From positions 1 to 48,013 of the forward strand of contig CALSCO010001705.1 in the NCBI GenBank assembly GCA_943704415.1: a DNA stretch of 48,013 bases, given 5' to 3'. The DNA comes from Parvularia atlantis (Eukaryota). Under the pieces are notes generated by a model. That model was not told the DNA's origin, ran no database searches, and saw only the letters and a list, made by a program, of their open reading frames with translations. Below are positions 33,142-48,013 of this stretch, one piece after another (position 1 is the stretch's first letter; each line of letters opens with the position of its first letter). A program made the position numbers and the translations under genes.

Positions 33142-35656
33142 ATGGCCGAGGGCCTCGTGCTGCGTGCGTCTCGCGGCGCCCGCGCTCGTCGCCGATGCTG
33201 ACGGGGAGTGCGGACGGCGGCAGTGCTCGTCCCGGCCGCCCTCGCGACCGTCGCCGTCGTCGGCGCGGCGCGCGGCGTCGTGTACCTCCACGGCGTCCAG
33301 GGCATGGCCATCCGCCAGCGCCTGCGCCGGCCGCTCGTCAGCCACCGCATCCCCGAGCCCAACGGCGCGCAGCCGCTGTCGCTCGTGTACGAGCGCGACG
33401 AGCGGCTGTCGCGCATGCTGTGGCAGGTCACGCACCTGCGCAGCAACCCGCAGCAGAGCCAGGTGCGCGCCGTCGTCGTGTGACATCGCCGTGTGGCAAC
33501 ACCATGTGGCACTGCCGACGTGTGACATCGGGTCGCGAAGGCCGTCGTCGCCAAGTACAACCGCGTCCTGCGCGACTACCTCGCCCTCGTCGACCGTATG
33601 TGCGACGAGGCGCTCACGCAGCGCGCCTCGCGCCAGTACCGCGCCAACAGCGCCGTGTCCAACGCGAACGCGATCACGCTCGCCTTCTCGGACGACGTGC
33701 GCCGCACCGCGCCGTTCGCGTCGATCAACTCGTCTCACTCGCGCACGTCTCGTTCGCCAGGTGCTCCGCCTCGCCGTGCAGCTCGCGCACGACCGGCGCA
33801 ACCAGCCCGTGTCGCCGCTGCGCCCGGCCGCGCAACGTCTGGTTGAGGTGCGGCCCGCCCAGCTTTCAACGCGGCAGCTCGTCGCTAATCGCGCGCGTTC
33901 GCACCGCGAGCAGAAGTTTGACCTGCTGCGCGTCGTCCTCGTCGAGCAGAGCCTGCGCAACTGCACCAAGTACACCGACGAGGTCAAGGTGCGCGGCCGG
34001 CCGTGCTTCGCGAGCCCGCGTGTGCTGATTGAGCGCGACGACAAGGATGCCCTCATGGGCTTTGAGGATGCGTACGTCGACTTTGAGCAGCAGTACCTGG
34101 TCGCGCCCCCGTCGCACTACGTCAGTGCGCAGCAGGGCCAGGTGCGCGGCTGCGTCTGTACGTGACGTGTGTTTGTGCTGAGACTACCGCCGTGCGCAGC
34201 TGGCCGTCGTGCTCGCCGAGGCCGTGCGGCTCGCGCTCAAGCACGGCCTGATCGACCAGGTGCGCGCTGTGCACACCACAACTGCCTTGGCTCACGCACG
34301 CACAACTCTAGGACGACCTCGAGAGCATGGAGCCGAGCCTGTTCTTTGTCGTGCCGCGGCTCGCGCTCGTATAGTGCGTCTTGTCAGGTGAGTGAGTGCA
34401 CACGCAACTGACGCTGCGGCGCCGCAGCGGCCTGTACTACACCGACGCGATCAAGCTCGAGTCGCGCGAGTGCGCCGACATCTTCCGCCACCAGCTCGCC
34501 AAGCTGACGGTGCGGCGCTGCCTGGCCGCGAAGCATTTGATGCGAATGAACGTCGCGTGAAGGAGCTCAAGAAACGCCTGCGCGGCCTTGGCGAGTCGGC
34601 TGTGCGCGAGCTCGAGAAGGCGCTCGCCGACCGCATGGACGACGACGACGCGAGCTTCACGGCTTCGTCCGCCGCGCGCCGCTCGCGCCGCCTGGGCGTC
34701 GAGGACATCAGCGAGACCGACACGGACGCCGACGATGACGCCGCGCCGCGCAGCAGCGGCGGCGGTAGCAGCAGCAGCGGCAGTAGCAGCAGCGGTAGCG
34801 GCGGCAGCGGCAACGGCGGGCGCTTCCGGACGTACTTTGGCAAGCGCGTGGCGACGTCGGACGTGGACCGCGTGCACGCGGCCTTCATCGACGTGTGCGA
34901 GATCGCAGACCACATGCACAGCGGCCAGCAAGTCAAGGTGAGCGCGGAGGACCAACTTTATGGCGCTTGCTGACGGGAGCCGCGCGCACAGGTCCTGCGC
35001 AACGCCCTGCGCGTCGTCTTCGCCGCGTACCAGCACGTCGCCACGGCCGCGGGCGACGCGCCGGCGTCGCAGCAGCAGCCCGCACTGCACGGGATGGGCG
35101 TTGTGCCGACCGCCAGCGTGCTGCGCGTGAGCGCCGACGCGCGTGAGCTGCTGACCACGGGCGCCGTCTTCCTCAAGATGGGCCGCAAGCCCAAGTCCAA
35201 GCCGCACAAGCGCTTCCTGTGGCTGTCGGACAACCTGCGTGAGGTGCGCGGTCTCGTGCGCGACCGCGCTCGGCGGTCGGCTGACGTGTTCGCGCAGATC
35301 TTGTGGTGCTCGCCGTCCAAGGACTACTCGCCAAAGCCGTCGCGGCTGGCGGTCGACAGCGTGATTGTGCGTCGAGACGGGCGCGGCACGCGCTGCTGAC
35401 CTGCTCTGCGCGCGCACAGTCGGCCAACCGCGGCGGCACCCTGGCCAACGCGGCACAGAGCGGTGCGCCCGCTTTGCCGCAGCTGTTGTGGCCAACGCGG
35501 CGCGCAGACGAAGACCATGCGATCCTGCGCATAGTGGGCCTCACGCGCTCGCTCGAGCTGATCGCGCCCGCGACGACCTGCGCCGCATGGGAGGGCGCGC
35601 TGCAGGAGCTGCTGATGGCCACGCCGCGCCCGGGCCAGGCGACGCAGCTGTCGTGA
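33142..35656 (+). CDS. Lst2/ZFYVE28-like N-terminal domain protein with C-terminal PH domain
   Basis: LRPAAQRL...LRVVLVEQSLRNCTKYTDEVKDALMGFEDAYVDFEQQY...EAVRLALKHGLIDQDDLESMEPSLFFVVPRLALV and VHAAFIDVCEIADHM resemble Lst2. C-terminal PH-like GAVFLKMGRKPKSKPHKRFLWLSDNLREILW...RSLELIA...WEGALQEL. About 11 introns. Confidence 0.75.
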
Positions 35657-35836
35657 ATGTGTGAAATGCTCAGACGAGAAGGGTTCGGCAAGCGGCGTGT
35701 CCGGGAGCAGCGAGCGGCACACAACGGGGCACAAGACACGTAAACACACAAAGAGGGGGGGGTGAAGGCTAGGCCGCGCGAAGAACAGTCACACATATCA
35801 GGGCCTCACGGCAGGGTGCGCGCCGACCGAGCCGCC

Positions 35837-38800
35837 TCAATAGAGCTTCTTCGCCTTCTTCGCCTCGGTCTGCTTCCACTTGGGCATCTTGAGGAACTCG
35901 TCCTTGGTCTTGCCAAAGACCTTGGGGAACTCGTCCTCGTTGAGGTGGTTCTGCGAGCGCGATGCCGCGTCAGTACCGTGTCCCGGGTTCCGGCGCAGGC
36001 GCGCCGCACCTCCAGGCTGCCGGCGTCGATACCCTCGGGCAGCGGGCGCTCAAGCAGCTTCTGCGGGCGCGAGCGCGAGGAGGGCGTCACACACGCGCTG
36101 CGCAGAGCATGGGGTGGGGGCAGCAAGCTCACGCACTGCGTACGGGTACGTCGCCGAGAACTTCTTGAGCTGATCGGCCACCGAGCCGGACGCGGCCGAG
36201 TTGCCAGACATGAGCGACTGCTTGAGCTTCTCGTAGTCCCGCACATTGGACGTCGCCTTGGCGTCGTCCCAGCCGACGAAGTACGCCTTGAACAGCGGCG
36301 GCTCGGTGCCCTGCTTGACGGTGATGATGGGCGTGTCCTGGCTGCGGGACGAGTCTGGGCAGCGCACCGGGTAAGAGCCGTCGCGACGGCGCAGGCACGG
36401 CCTTTGTGTCACATACCGGCCTTGAGGTACTGAAGGGCCGCCTCGAGCGACGACTTCTTCTCAATGTCGTTCGAGTCCACGCCGATCCACAGCCAGATCT
36501 CGTCGCGGCAGTCGAGCAGGTAGATGTCGTCGCTGATCTGCGTGTGCCGCGCGGGCGCGTGAGCCTGGGCGAGATGCGTGCTGCCAGCACCGCGCGCGCG
36601 CACGCACCAGGTCCGTCTGGTCCCAGTTGAACACCTCCTCGACCTTGAACGAGCCGGACGCGTTCGACATCTCAAACAGGCGCGGCTCCACGGCCGTGCT
36701 GGCGTCGCCCGAGCTGGCCAGGTACTCGCCCTTGCCGCCGAGCAGCGCCCAGAAGTCGTTCTTCTCCGCACCCTCAAACACGGTCTCGATCGACGACGCC
36801 GAGACGAGGCGCTCGGCGACGACCTTGGCCATGTCGCGCTCGTCACCCGTCGCGCCCTTGCCGTACCAGACGTACGTCGTGCCCTTCTTCTGCACGAGCA
36901 CGAACCTGCAGGCGTGGGCACAGGCACGTCAGGGCTCCCGCGGTACATGCCGCGCGCGCCGCACGCACGCGTCCGAGCTGCGCAGCGAGCTCGTCTTGCA
37001 GTCGACCTCGGTGGCCTTGGTGTTGTACACGTTGGTGCCGTTCACCTGGTACAGGCGAACGTCGGCACCACCAGACCTGCAGCGCGGGCGCCGTTGCGTC
37101 AGCTGCTGCGCGCCACCGCGCACGCCTCCCCTGTTGTACGCACGGCAGGCCCGTCGGCTGGGCGTTCTTGAAGCCCGAGTCGACACCGCCCTTGTGGATG
37201 ATGAACTTGCCCTTGAACAGGGCGAGGAAGTGGTCCGGCTCCTTGTTCTGCACGACGCGCACGACCGTGGCCGCGCCGCCGAGCTCGTCGTCGATGCCCT
37301 TGGCGAGGAGGGCCGAGGCGCCGCGCTCGTCCTGCGACGAGTCGTGGCCCTGCCAGAAGTAGCAAATGTAGAGCTCCTTGCCCTGCGCGTTCTTGTACGT
37401 GTAGAGCAGGATGTAGCTGTCGCCCTGGAAGAACTGGCCGTGCAGCTTCGGGTCGGTGACCTCGACCTTCTGGAAGTTCTCGACGCGCCAGAGCTTGATC
37501 TTGCCCGTGCCGTCGTCGACCATGGGCTGCTTGGGCGGGGCGCCCGGGGCGTGCAGTTTGCCAAAGTCGACGGCCTTCTGCTCAACCTTGGCGACGTTCT
37601 TGCCGGCCTTGACCTGCGATTTACGCGCGCGTGTGTGTGAGGGGATCGCCCAGGACGCGCCGCGCGCGGGTGGGTGGGTGGGCGCACGCACGGCGTAGTT
37701 GGGCGACGACTGGGGCGACGGCCAGACGGCAAACTGCTGGATGAAGATCGTCGTCTCGGCACCCTCGTTGAGGCGCGTGACGGGTGTGCTCATGGGGTAG
37801 CCCTTGTCGGTGATGAACTTGAGCGCGACGTTCCACGCGCCGTTCTTCTCCTCCTTGGTCGACTTCTTGCCGATCCAGACAAAGAGCCCGTTGCCCGTGT
37901 CGAGCACGTACGTCTCGTCCGACTTGAGCAGGTTCTTGTTGAGGGGCGCCGTGCCCGCGAGCGTCGTCTGCAGCTTGCCCGACGCGTCCGACACCTCGTA
38001 CAGCTGCACCTAGAGACACGCATGAGCGCGTGCGGCACACGCGGCGGCGCGCGCGGGGCGCGAACCTGTGCGTTCTTCTTCTTCTCAAACGCCTCGTCAT
38101 CCTCGTCGCCGGCGGCGATCGGGCCCTTGCTGCCGAGCTCGTTGAAGAAGTCGGTCTCATCGTCGTTCTTGTCGGCGTCTGCGCACGGCGGCCGGTCTGA
38201 GCGCGGGCGCGCGCGGCACGGCGATCGGGGGACCGCACCGATCACGATCACGGCCGCGCGGCCGCCACGCTCGTTGTCCTTCATGTCGCGCACGACGTCG
38301 AAGCCCTTGGCGCGCTCGGTCTTGTTGGACGTCTTGCCGTTCCACTGGAAGATCTTGAGGCCGCAGTCGAGGACTGTTTGTGCGCGGCGCGGGCGACAGC
38401 GGGTGAGCCGCCGCGCTCAGGCGAGGGCGAACGGGAGGGGGGAAACGCACTGAACACATCGCCCTGGTTGAGCGACTTGTGCGACAGTTCGACCTGCGCC
38501 ACACGGACGTTGCGCTTGCCCTTGACCTGCGCGATCGCGTGCGCGCGCGCGAGATATGAGCCACGTGCGGCACACGCGCGAGGGCGGGCAGCGCGCACGT
38601 GGAAGAGGCGCTTGGTGAACGCGTTGCGGTCGACGTGCTTGAAGCCCGACGAGATGCCGCCCTCGAGGTACTTGATGCCGCCGTAGGGCTTCCAGTACGA
38701 GAGGAAGAGCTGCGACTCGCTGCCCTGGACCTGCGATTGGGCAAATTGAGCCGGGCACGGGCCTCACGCCGCGGCGTCGCGCGCACCTCGCGGTGCTGCA

Positions 38801-39298
38801 CGGGCGCGCCGCCGAGATGGTCGTCCAGCTCGACTGTCTTGTACGCCGCCACGCCCTGCTCGTCCTGTGACGAGTCGGTGCCGAGCCAGCTGTGCGTGGG
38901 TGAGCGCACGTGGGAGGGTTCGGGATCGGCATCCCGCAACGCACAAGTGGATGTTCCACTTGAGCGCGCTCTGGACCTTCTCCGTGTGCAGGACGATGTA
39001 CCTGCGCGGGCGGGGCGCGCGGGCGGGATTGAGCACGTTGCCCCGGACGATAACAAAAAAGGGAAAAAGAAAACGCAACGCGTCGCCGCTGTAGAACTTG
39101 CCCAGCTTGGCCGGGTCGGTCTGGGGGATCACCTTGAGCTTCTCGATGCGGTAGACCTGTGCGCGGCACGTGCGGGGAGGGGGAGGGGGGGGGATCCGCG
39201 CCGTGAGCGGGACGCCGAACGAGGGAAGCAGAAGGACGCAGCACCTGGATGCCCTCCTTCTTGCCCGCGTCGGTGAACGCGACGTCCTTGGCGGCCAT
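35837..39298 (-). CDS. Villin (six gelsolin repeats + headpiece)
   Basis: [73 protein letters not shown], and headpiece [36 protein letters not shown]; about 15 introns. Confidence 0.92.
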
Positions 39299-39444
39299 TG
39301 TGTTTGCGGCGAATGCGACGGCTGTGCGGCGGCTGGGCTGTTGCCTGTGCCGATCGCGGCGCGGCGGCGCGTCAGTCGGCACGAGACGCTTCTCACGAGG
39401 CGACAAAAGACGAGTGAGAGGGAAACAGCGGCAGCGTCACGCGC

Positions 39445-39453
39445 GCCAATCAG
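39445..39453 (+). promoter_or_regulatory. Candidate CCAAT box in the villin/DDX41 divergent promoter
   Basis: GCCAATCAG matches the NF-Y consensus and lies about 50 nt upstream of the first DDX41 ATG; motif evidence only. Confidence 0.35.
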
Positions 39454-39499
39454 AACGCGCCGCCGTGAGCCGATCAGGCAATTGTCGAGTGTCGATGAC

Positions 39500-42230
<2,731 letters not shown>

Positions 42231-42280
42231 CCATGAACGCGCAAAAAAAAAAAAAGAGACTGCAGCAGCACGAGCACAGC

Positions 42281-43558
42281 TCACTTTGGCGCGCGGTCGG
42301 TGCCGTGCAGCAGGTCCATGAACGTAAACGGGAAGCCAAAGTTGACGTTCGTGAGCTCGTGATGCAGGTCGTGGTGGCGCGTGTCATACAGGCCGCCCGG
42401 GAAGCGCATGCGGATGCCGCAGCTGCGCGTTGACGTGAGTGCGCGGCTCAGAAGTTGCGCGACGTGCGCACTGGTCGAGGATGCCGGTGATGCCCATGAT
42501 GACCGCGTAGACGAGCACGGCCAGCCAGTGCATCGGCACGACGAACGGCGGCGTGAACAGGCTCAGGGTATAGTAGCCAAAGACCTTGCGCGTCGGCGCA
42601 TGAGCGAGCGGCGCATGAGCGAGCGGCGCATGAGCGAGCGGCGCATGAACGAGCGGCGCATGAGCGAGCGGCGCATGAGCGAGCGGCGCATGAGCGAGCG
42701 GCGCGAGTACGTCAGCGCGCGCACCTCTAGCGGGTGCACCATCATGTCGTCGAACGGCTCGGGCGACCTAGGCGGCGTCGGCCGTCAGCAGCCGCACGCG
42801 ACATGCGCAGGCCCACGGCGCGCGGCACTTGTAGAAGTGGTGGTACTTGTGCAGGAGGCCGTAGAGGAGCCTGGCGCGATCAGCAGCAACGGCGCGATCA
42901 GCAGCAACGGCGCAATCAGCAGCAACGGCGCAAGGTGCCGCCGGTTAAGCGCGACGTACCGCGTGTGCATCATGCGCTGCGGCGGGGCGGGCGTGCACGG
43001 ATCAGCCTCGCGGGCACGCGGGCACGCAGGGCGCCAGGACGCACGTGGTAGTAGTACTCGACGACGTTCTCCCACGCGACCGCGCCCACGACCGACGCGA
43101 TCAGGCCCAGCGGCGTCGCGTCGGCCCAGTCCCACAGCACGCGCGAGTAGCCGCGGGCGACCAGCTCGAAGCTGACGGCGGTGCACGCGCCGGCTGCCGC
43201 GCGATCGCCCGTTCAGCGCCGTCGTCGTCTGACTGACGGGGCGCGCGGCACCGAGCAGCACGTTGATCGTCGCGAACAGCGCGTGCCGCGGATGGCGCCC
43301 CACCTTGCCGCGGCCGAGCACGTCGCGCGCCGGCAGCCACCACACGCCCGCGCTCTCGACGAACGTGCGCCGCGCCGGCTGCGTCTTCCATCTGCGTGCA
43401 GCTCTCGATCAGCAGCTGCTCCGTCCGGCCCCCATCGGCGCGACGCACGACAACGCGCCCGCCGCATCGCCGCCGCCGTACCACACGAGCTGCAGCGCCG
43501 TCGACAGGCCGACGTAGAAGACGACCGTGAGCGCGCCGCCCGCGAGCGACAACAGCAT
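42281..43558 (-). CDS. Fatty acid hydroxylase / sterol desaturase superfamily di-iron enzyme
   Basis: Histidine boxes YYH|RMMH, HKYHH, DH and HDLHH; PEPFDDMMVHPLE; NFGFPFTFMDLLHGT. Confidence 0.85.
42594..42704. repeat. 15-bp minisatellite CGGCGCATGAGCGAG x7 (intronic)
   Basis: Seven copies, one with a G>A change, inside an intron of the hydroxylase gene. Confidence 0.95.
42873..42932. repeat. 18-bp tandem repeat GGCGCRATCAGCAGCAAC x3 (intronic)
   Basis: Three copies directly next to the minus-strand acceptor. Confidence 0.95.
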
Positions 43559-43688
43559 CTCTGAGGATGGGTTCGGTTAGGGTGCACACAGAGAAGAAGA
43601 AGAAGAAACAAGGGTGTTTGAGGGGCGGCTCGTCCACGTCTCACGCGCGTCTCACTGGCGTCTCGACCACGTCGCGGCAGGCAAGCGA

Positions 43689-44643
43689 TCAGATGCCGAC
43701 CTGCAGCTTGTTGTGCATCTCAAACAGCTTGGTGTTGATCCCCTGCGCCGTCGGCCGGCGCTCGGGGGCCTGCGGGGCGCGCCGCCGCGCCGTGTCAGCC
43801 AGCACCTCGAAGGGCACCGCAGCGACGCACCTGCTGCAGCGACGCGTTGACGATCGCGTTGACCATCACCTCGACCTCGTTGTTGTCGTCGATCTGCAGC
43901 GGCGGGACGCGGCCACCGCCGCGCACGATCAGCTCGATCTCCTCGCCGGGCGTGTCCTCCCATGGGATCTGCGCAGACGCGTCAGGCGCGTCCGCAACGG
44001 CGGGGCGAACGCGCACACCTGGCGCGACAGCGTCTCCCACAGCACCACGCCCATCGAGTAGATGTCGCTGGCCTGGTCGTCGCTCACGGTCGTCGTCACG
44101 CCCTGCGCGTGCACCGTCCATGTTGACGCTTGGCGACCCACGCACAGCGCGACGCACCTTGATGTGCACGCGCGCAAAGACCTCTGGCGGCGCGTACTTG
44201 GGGCTGAAGCCGTTGATGATCGCAAACTTCTTCAGCGCCTCCTCGCCCGTGCGCGACAGGCCAAAGTCGCAGATGACCGGGTCCGGGTACGAGCCCGTCG
44301 CCGGCTCGCTCAGCAGCACGTTGGGCGACCTGCCGTCCGCGTCAGCGCGCCCCAAACGCGATGTTCACGCCGACGCACTTGATGTCGCGATGCGCAATGC
44401 CCAGCGAGTGGATCGCCGCCAGACCGGCCATCATGCCCTGGCACAGGTGCAGCGCCAGGCCCATCGGGAGCCGCGTCTTGTCCGCCTGAGGGCACCACGA
44501 CGTGCGAGCCGTCAGCACAGCCGCAGACTGCCGGCACCCCCGAGGGCGCACCTGCGCGTGCAGGAAGCGGAACAGGTCCGTCGGATACAGCCGCGTGACG
44601 ATCGTGCGCGGCTCGTCCGTGTAGCCTGCGGTCGGCGAGGCGT

Positions 44644-44711
<68 letters not shown>

Positions 44712-47700
44712 CGGCTCAGCAGAGGTGCGCACCGATCATCTTGATAATGTTGGGGTGGAACGAGAGCGACCACATGATCGAGACCTCTTGGTGGAACCGG
44801 TCCGCGTTGTCCTCCTCCGACATCGCTGGCCAGTCGGCGACCTGCTTTAGTGCAACCTCGATTGTGCCGTGGCGCAAGGCCAGCTGGTTGTCAAGCAGCA
44901 TGGCACGGAAGATCGTGCCGGCACCGCCAGCCTGTTGTCGTGCGTGTCAGCAGCCCTGCATGCGTGCGCAAGCAGTACCGTACCGTCAGGCGCGTCTCAG
45001 GGCGCAGGTCGGTCGTGTAGTTGAGCCGCAAGAAGCCCGGCAGTGCGACCTCCATCACCTGCGCTCGCGGCAGATGCGCGTGAGCAATGTCGCGACCAGT
45101 GGCGCACGCGGTCCGCACCGTGTTGATCATCGTCGCGTCGCCGCCAATCATCTGCGTCAGGCCGTTGTCGCCGTCGTTCTGGTAGCTGCCGATCATGATG
45201 TTGCTCGGGATCGCGCCCGGCCGGCTGACCGCGATCAGGCCTAGCTGCGAGCCCGTGCCTGCAAGCGCGCGCATGCGCGTCTGTCACACACAACGCCGCT
45301 CTGGATGCGAGCGCGTACCAAACTCCTCGATCATCTTCTTGCGTTGCGTCGTCTGGCGGCGGCGATAGAGCACAAACAGCACAGCGGCGATGATCAGGAT
45401 CAGCAAGATCACGCCCACCGACACGCCCACGGCCACGTAGGTGGTCGTGCCGCCTGGCCGTGCGCGTCGTCAGCCGGCGAGGGGCGCGCAAGGGGCTTCA
45501 CACGAGCGTACCGACAGTCGGCTCCTGCATCGCCACCGTTGCGATGATCTGCGACACGCCCGTTGGCTCGGCCACGCCGTCGCGGCCACCGCGGATCTTG
45601 ACCTCGTACTGCGTGCTCGGCAGAAGGGTCGAGACCAGGAACGTGCCCGTGCTGCCACTGGCCGTGATGTTGCCCAGGACCTCCTCGACGCCGACGGCCG
45701 CTCGACGCCGGCCGCTGCCCAGGTCCGCGTTGCTGCCGCTGCCGCTGCCAACCTCGCTCGGCCCGAGCGACGTGACCGTGATGAGGTACCAGTCTGCAAA
45801 CGACGGCGACGCGGCCGACCACAGTAGCCGGAAGCCCGACGCCGTCACGTTCGAGATCTGCAGGCCACTGGGCGGGCTGATGGCCGTCGTCGCGATGAGC
45901 TGCCCGCCAAAGTCGTCGTACACGCCGTCCGTGCCCGCGACCACGATGAAGTAGTAGGTCGTGAACTGCTGCAGCCCGCGCGCCGTGCTCGTTGTGATGT
46001 TGAGCACGCCGTTGGTGATCGTCTGGAACGTCGAGCCGTCGGCCGAGAGGCGCATCAGGTACCTGTTGGTGTCCGCGGCCGCCTTCCACTTGAGCGTAAT
46101 GGACGAGTCGGTCACGCTGGCCGTCGTCAGGTTAAAGACATGTCCACCCGACGGCAGCGCCGTGAACCGGCACGTCCCGTCGACCGAGCCCGACCATACG
46201 CCCGACGGCGAGCACACGCGCGATGGCTGGCGTCCACCCACGGGCAGGTAGCCCTGATTGCACGTCCCGTTGACCACCGTGCCCGGTGCCGTCTCGGGCC
46301 AGATGGCGTTGTCGTACGTGTCCTCGCGGCAAGGCGGGACGAGAAGCTGGCACGGGCTCGACACTTCACCCCAGCCGTTGTCGGTGCACGGGCGCGTCGG
46401 CGAGCCGAAGAAGCCGCTGACGCACGTGCCGTTGGCGACCACGCCCGCGCGCGTCGTCGGCCAGGTCGCGTCGGCCACCGTGTTCGAGCCCGACGTCAGG
46501 CAGATGATCGGCATGCACACGCCCGTGATCTCCGTCCATTCGCCCGTCGAGTTGCACACGCGGTACGGGTTGCCCGAGAACGTCGGCGGGCAGTCCACCT
46601 GGACCGTCTGCCCAAGGGCCTGCGCCTGCGGCCAGTCAGCCGAGCCCTCGGTCGTCGCGGGGCAGTATAGCATCTCGCAGGGCGACGAGATCGTGTCGTA
46701 CGCGCCGCTGAGGCCGCACGTGCGCTGCGGCAAGCCGCGGAAGCCCTCACGGCAGACGCCGATCGCCGCCGCACCGGCCGACACCTGCGGCCACTGTGCG
46801 TTGTCCTCGAGCACACTCGCGCAGAACAGCTGCTCGCAGTCGACGCTCAGCGTGTCCCACACGCCGTTAATGTTGCAGTCGCGCTTGGGCGTGCCGTTGC
46901 CGCCGTTGACCGCGTAGCCGGCCTGGCACGAGCCCTCGACCTGCGAAGTGCCCGCGTTCGCTTGCGGGAACGACAGCTTGGTAGTGTTGTACGCGCCGCA
47001 AGTGAGACGCACGCACGGGTTGACCAGCGATGCCTGGTCGTACGCCACGCTGCCCGTGCCAAGCGGGCACGCGATCGTCGGCGGGCCGCCGCTGCTGAAC
47101 GTCCAGCCATCGGCGCACGTGCCCACGGCGTTGCTACCCGAGTTGGTGTCCGGCACTGTCACGCTCTGCGTCGTGAAACCGGCGCACACCAGCTGCTGGC
47201 ACCTCTGGCCGTTGGGCGGGTCCTGCCACACGCCCGTGATCGAGCAAGTCCGGCTCGTCGTCCCGCCAAAGCCCGCCAGGCACGTGCCAGAGACGGTCGC
47301 ACCCGCCGCGGTCGCCTCCCACGCCGCGTTGAAGTCGCTGCTCAGCGCCTGGCAAAAGATCTGCGTGCACGCGCTAGAGATTTCGCCGTACTGGCCCGAG
47401 ATCAGGCAGAGCTTGGTCGGGGAGCCGGCCCAGCCGGCGTCGCACGTGCCCGAGACGGGCGTGGGATCGCCCGCCGGCGTGCCTCCAGGGAACGACGCGC
47501 GGTTGACCGTGTCGATCTGCGCTGCGCACGTGCGCTGGATGCACGGGTTGCTGATCGCGCTCCACACGCCCGTGATGAGGCAGTCGCGCGTCGGCGAGCC
47601 CGTGTATCCGTCCAGACACAGGCCCTGCACGTTCGACGTGCCCGCGGCCACCGACAGCCACGACGAGCTCGCGTCGTTGCTCAGCACCGAGCAGAAGATC

Positions 47701-48013
47701 TGCGTGCACGCGCCTGTGACCGGGCCCCATGTCCCACTGACCTGGCAGTTGCGCGTCGGCAGGCTTGCCGCGCTGTAGCCCGCGCGGCAACTGCTCGCCT
47801 GGACGCCCGTCTGGCCAGCAACCGCAGTCGACGGCCAGACCGCGTTGCTGGTCAGGTCACCCGCGGGGCAGGGGATAGCCGTGCACGGCGTGCCGGTGAT
47901 GGTCGAGCTCCACGCGCCGAGCGAGTTGCACAGGCGCTGCGGCGCGCCGGTAAAGTAGCCCGCAATGCATGTGCCGCTCGCGACCTGGTTGACCGTGCCC
48001 TGGGGCCAGCTCG
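43689..48013 (-). CDS. Single-pass receptor kinase (TKL group): at least 11 HRM-like Cys repeats + 2 FN3 + TM + kinase; 5' end outside the window
   Basis: Repeats C-x-W-x-T-x-G-x-C-x-G-x-R-x-C-x-G-x-W-x-C. FN3 motifs SITLKW...GLQQFTTYYF and FRLLW...LLPSTQYEVKI. TM VAVGVSVGVILLILIIAAVLFVLY. Kinase motifs AGGAGTIF, VALK, HRDIK|SPNVL, DFG, YAPPE, DIYSMGVVLWE. Stop at 43689-43691. Confidence 0.88.
44648..44710. repeat. (GT)n microsatellite, about 31 units, intronic
   Basis: Pure GT run within a kinase intron. Confidence 0.98.

Noticed and set aside
42242..42255. Poly-A run after the DDX41 stop as a retrocopy tail
   Set aside because: DDX41 is full of introns; the run is more simply part of a shared AT-rich terminator between convergent genes.
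42563..42745. ORF with (MRRSL)n repeats as a repeat protein
   Set aside because: It is the translation of an intronic minisatellite in the hydroxylase gene.

Overview
A GC-rich, extremely gene-dense eukaryotic nuclear region. It holds about 26 protein-coding genes, each broken by many short (mostly ~50-80 nt) spliceosomal introns (GTGCG...CTSAC...YAG/AAG). The supplied ORF track is therefore mostly misleading; I rebuilt the genes by hand-splicing, so exon boundaries are approximate. Genes in order: TOM1/GPR137-like TM protein; Cys-rich multi-pass membrane protein ending in polyproline+WH2; ependymin-related protein; SEC20; mS37; UBA2; Cdc11/Nud1-like LRR scaffold with a degenerate PARP-like C-terminus; RPB4; eIF3g; LTA4H; eL42; CNOT9; 3' halves of a nucleotide-sugar transporter and a Siw14 phosphatase joined at a C18 run (probable misassembly); NDUFA4; F-box/ankyrin; EMC2; mitochondrial RNase II; haloalkane dehalogenase with PTS1; NDUFA6; VMA21; Lst2-like+PH; villin; DDX41; fatty-acid hydroxylase/sterol desaturase; and a receptor TKL kinase with at least 11 HRM-like repeats. 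The mix of fungal-type and animal/amoeba-type genes suggests a unicellular opisthokont, possibly a nucleariid (inference only). No rRNA, tRNA, CRISPR or transposon was recognised. All family assignments come from remembered motifs, not from database searches.
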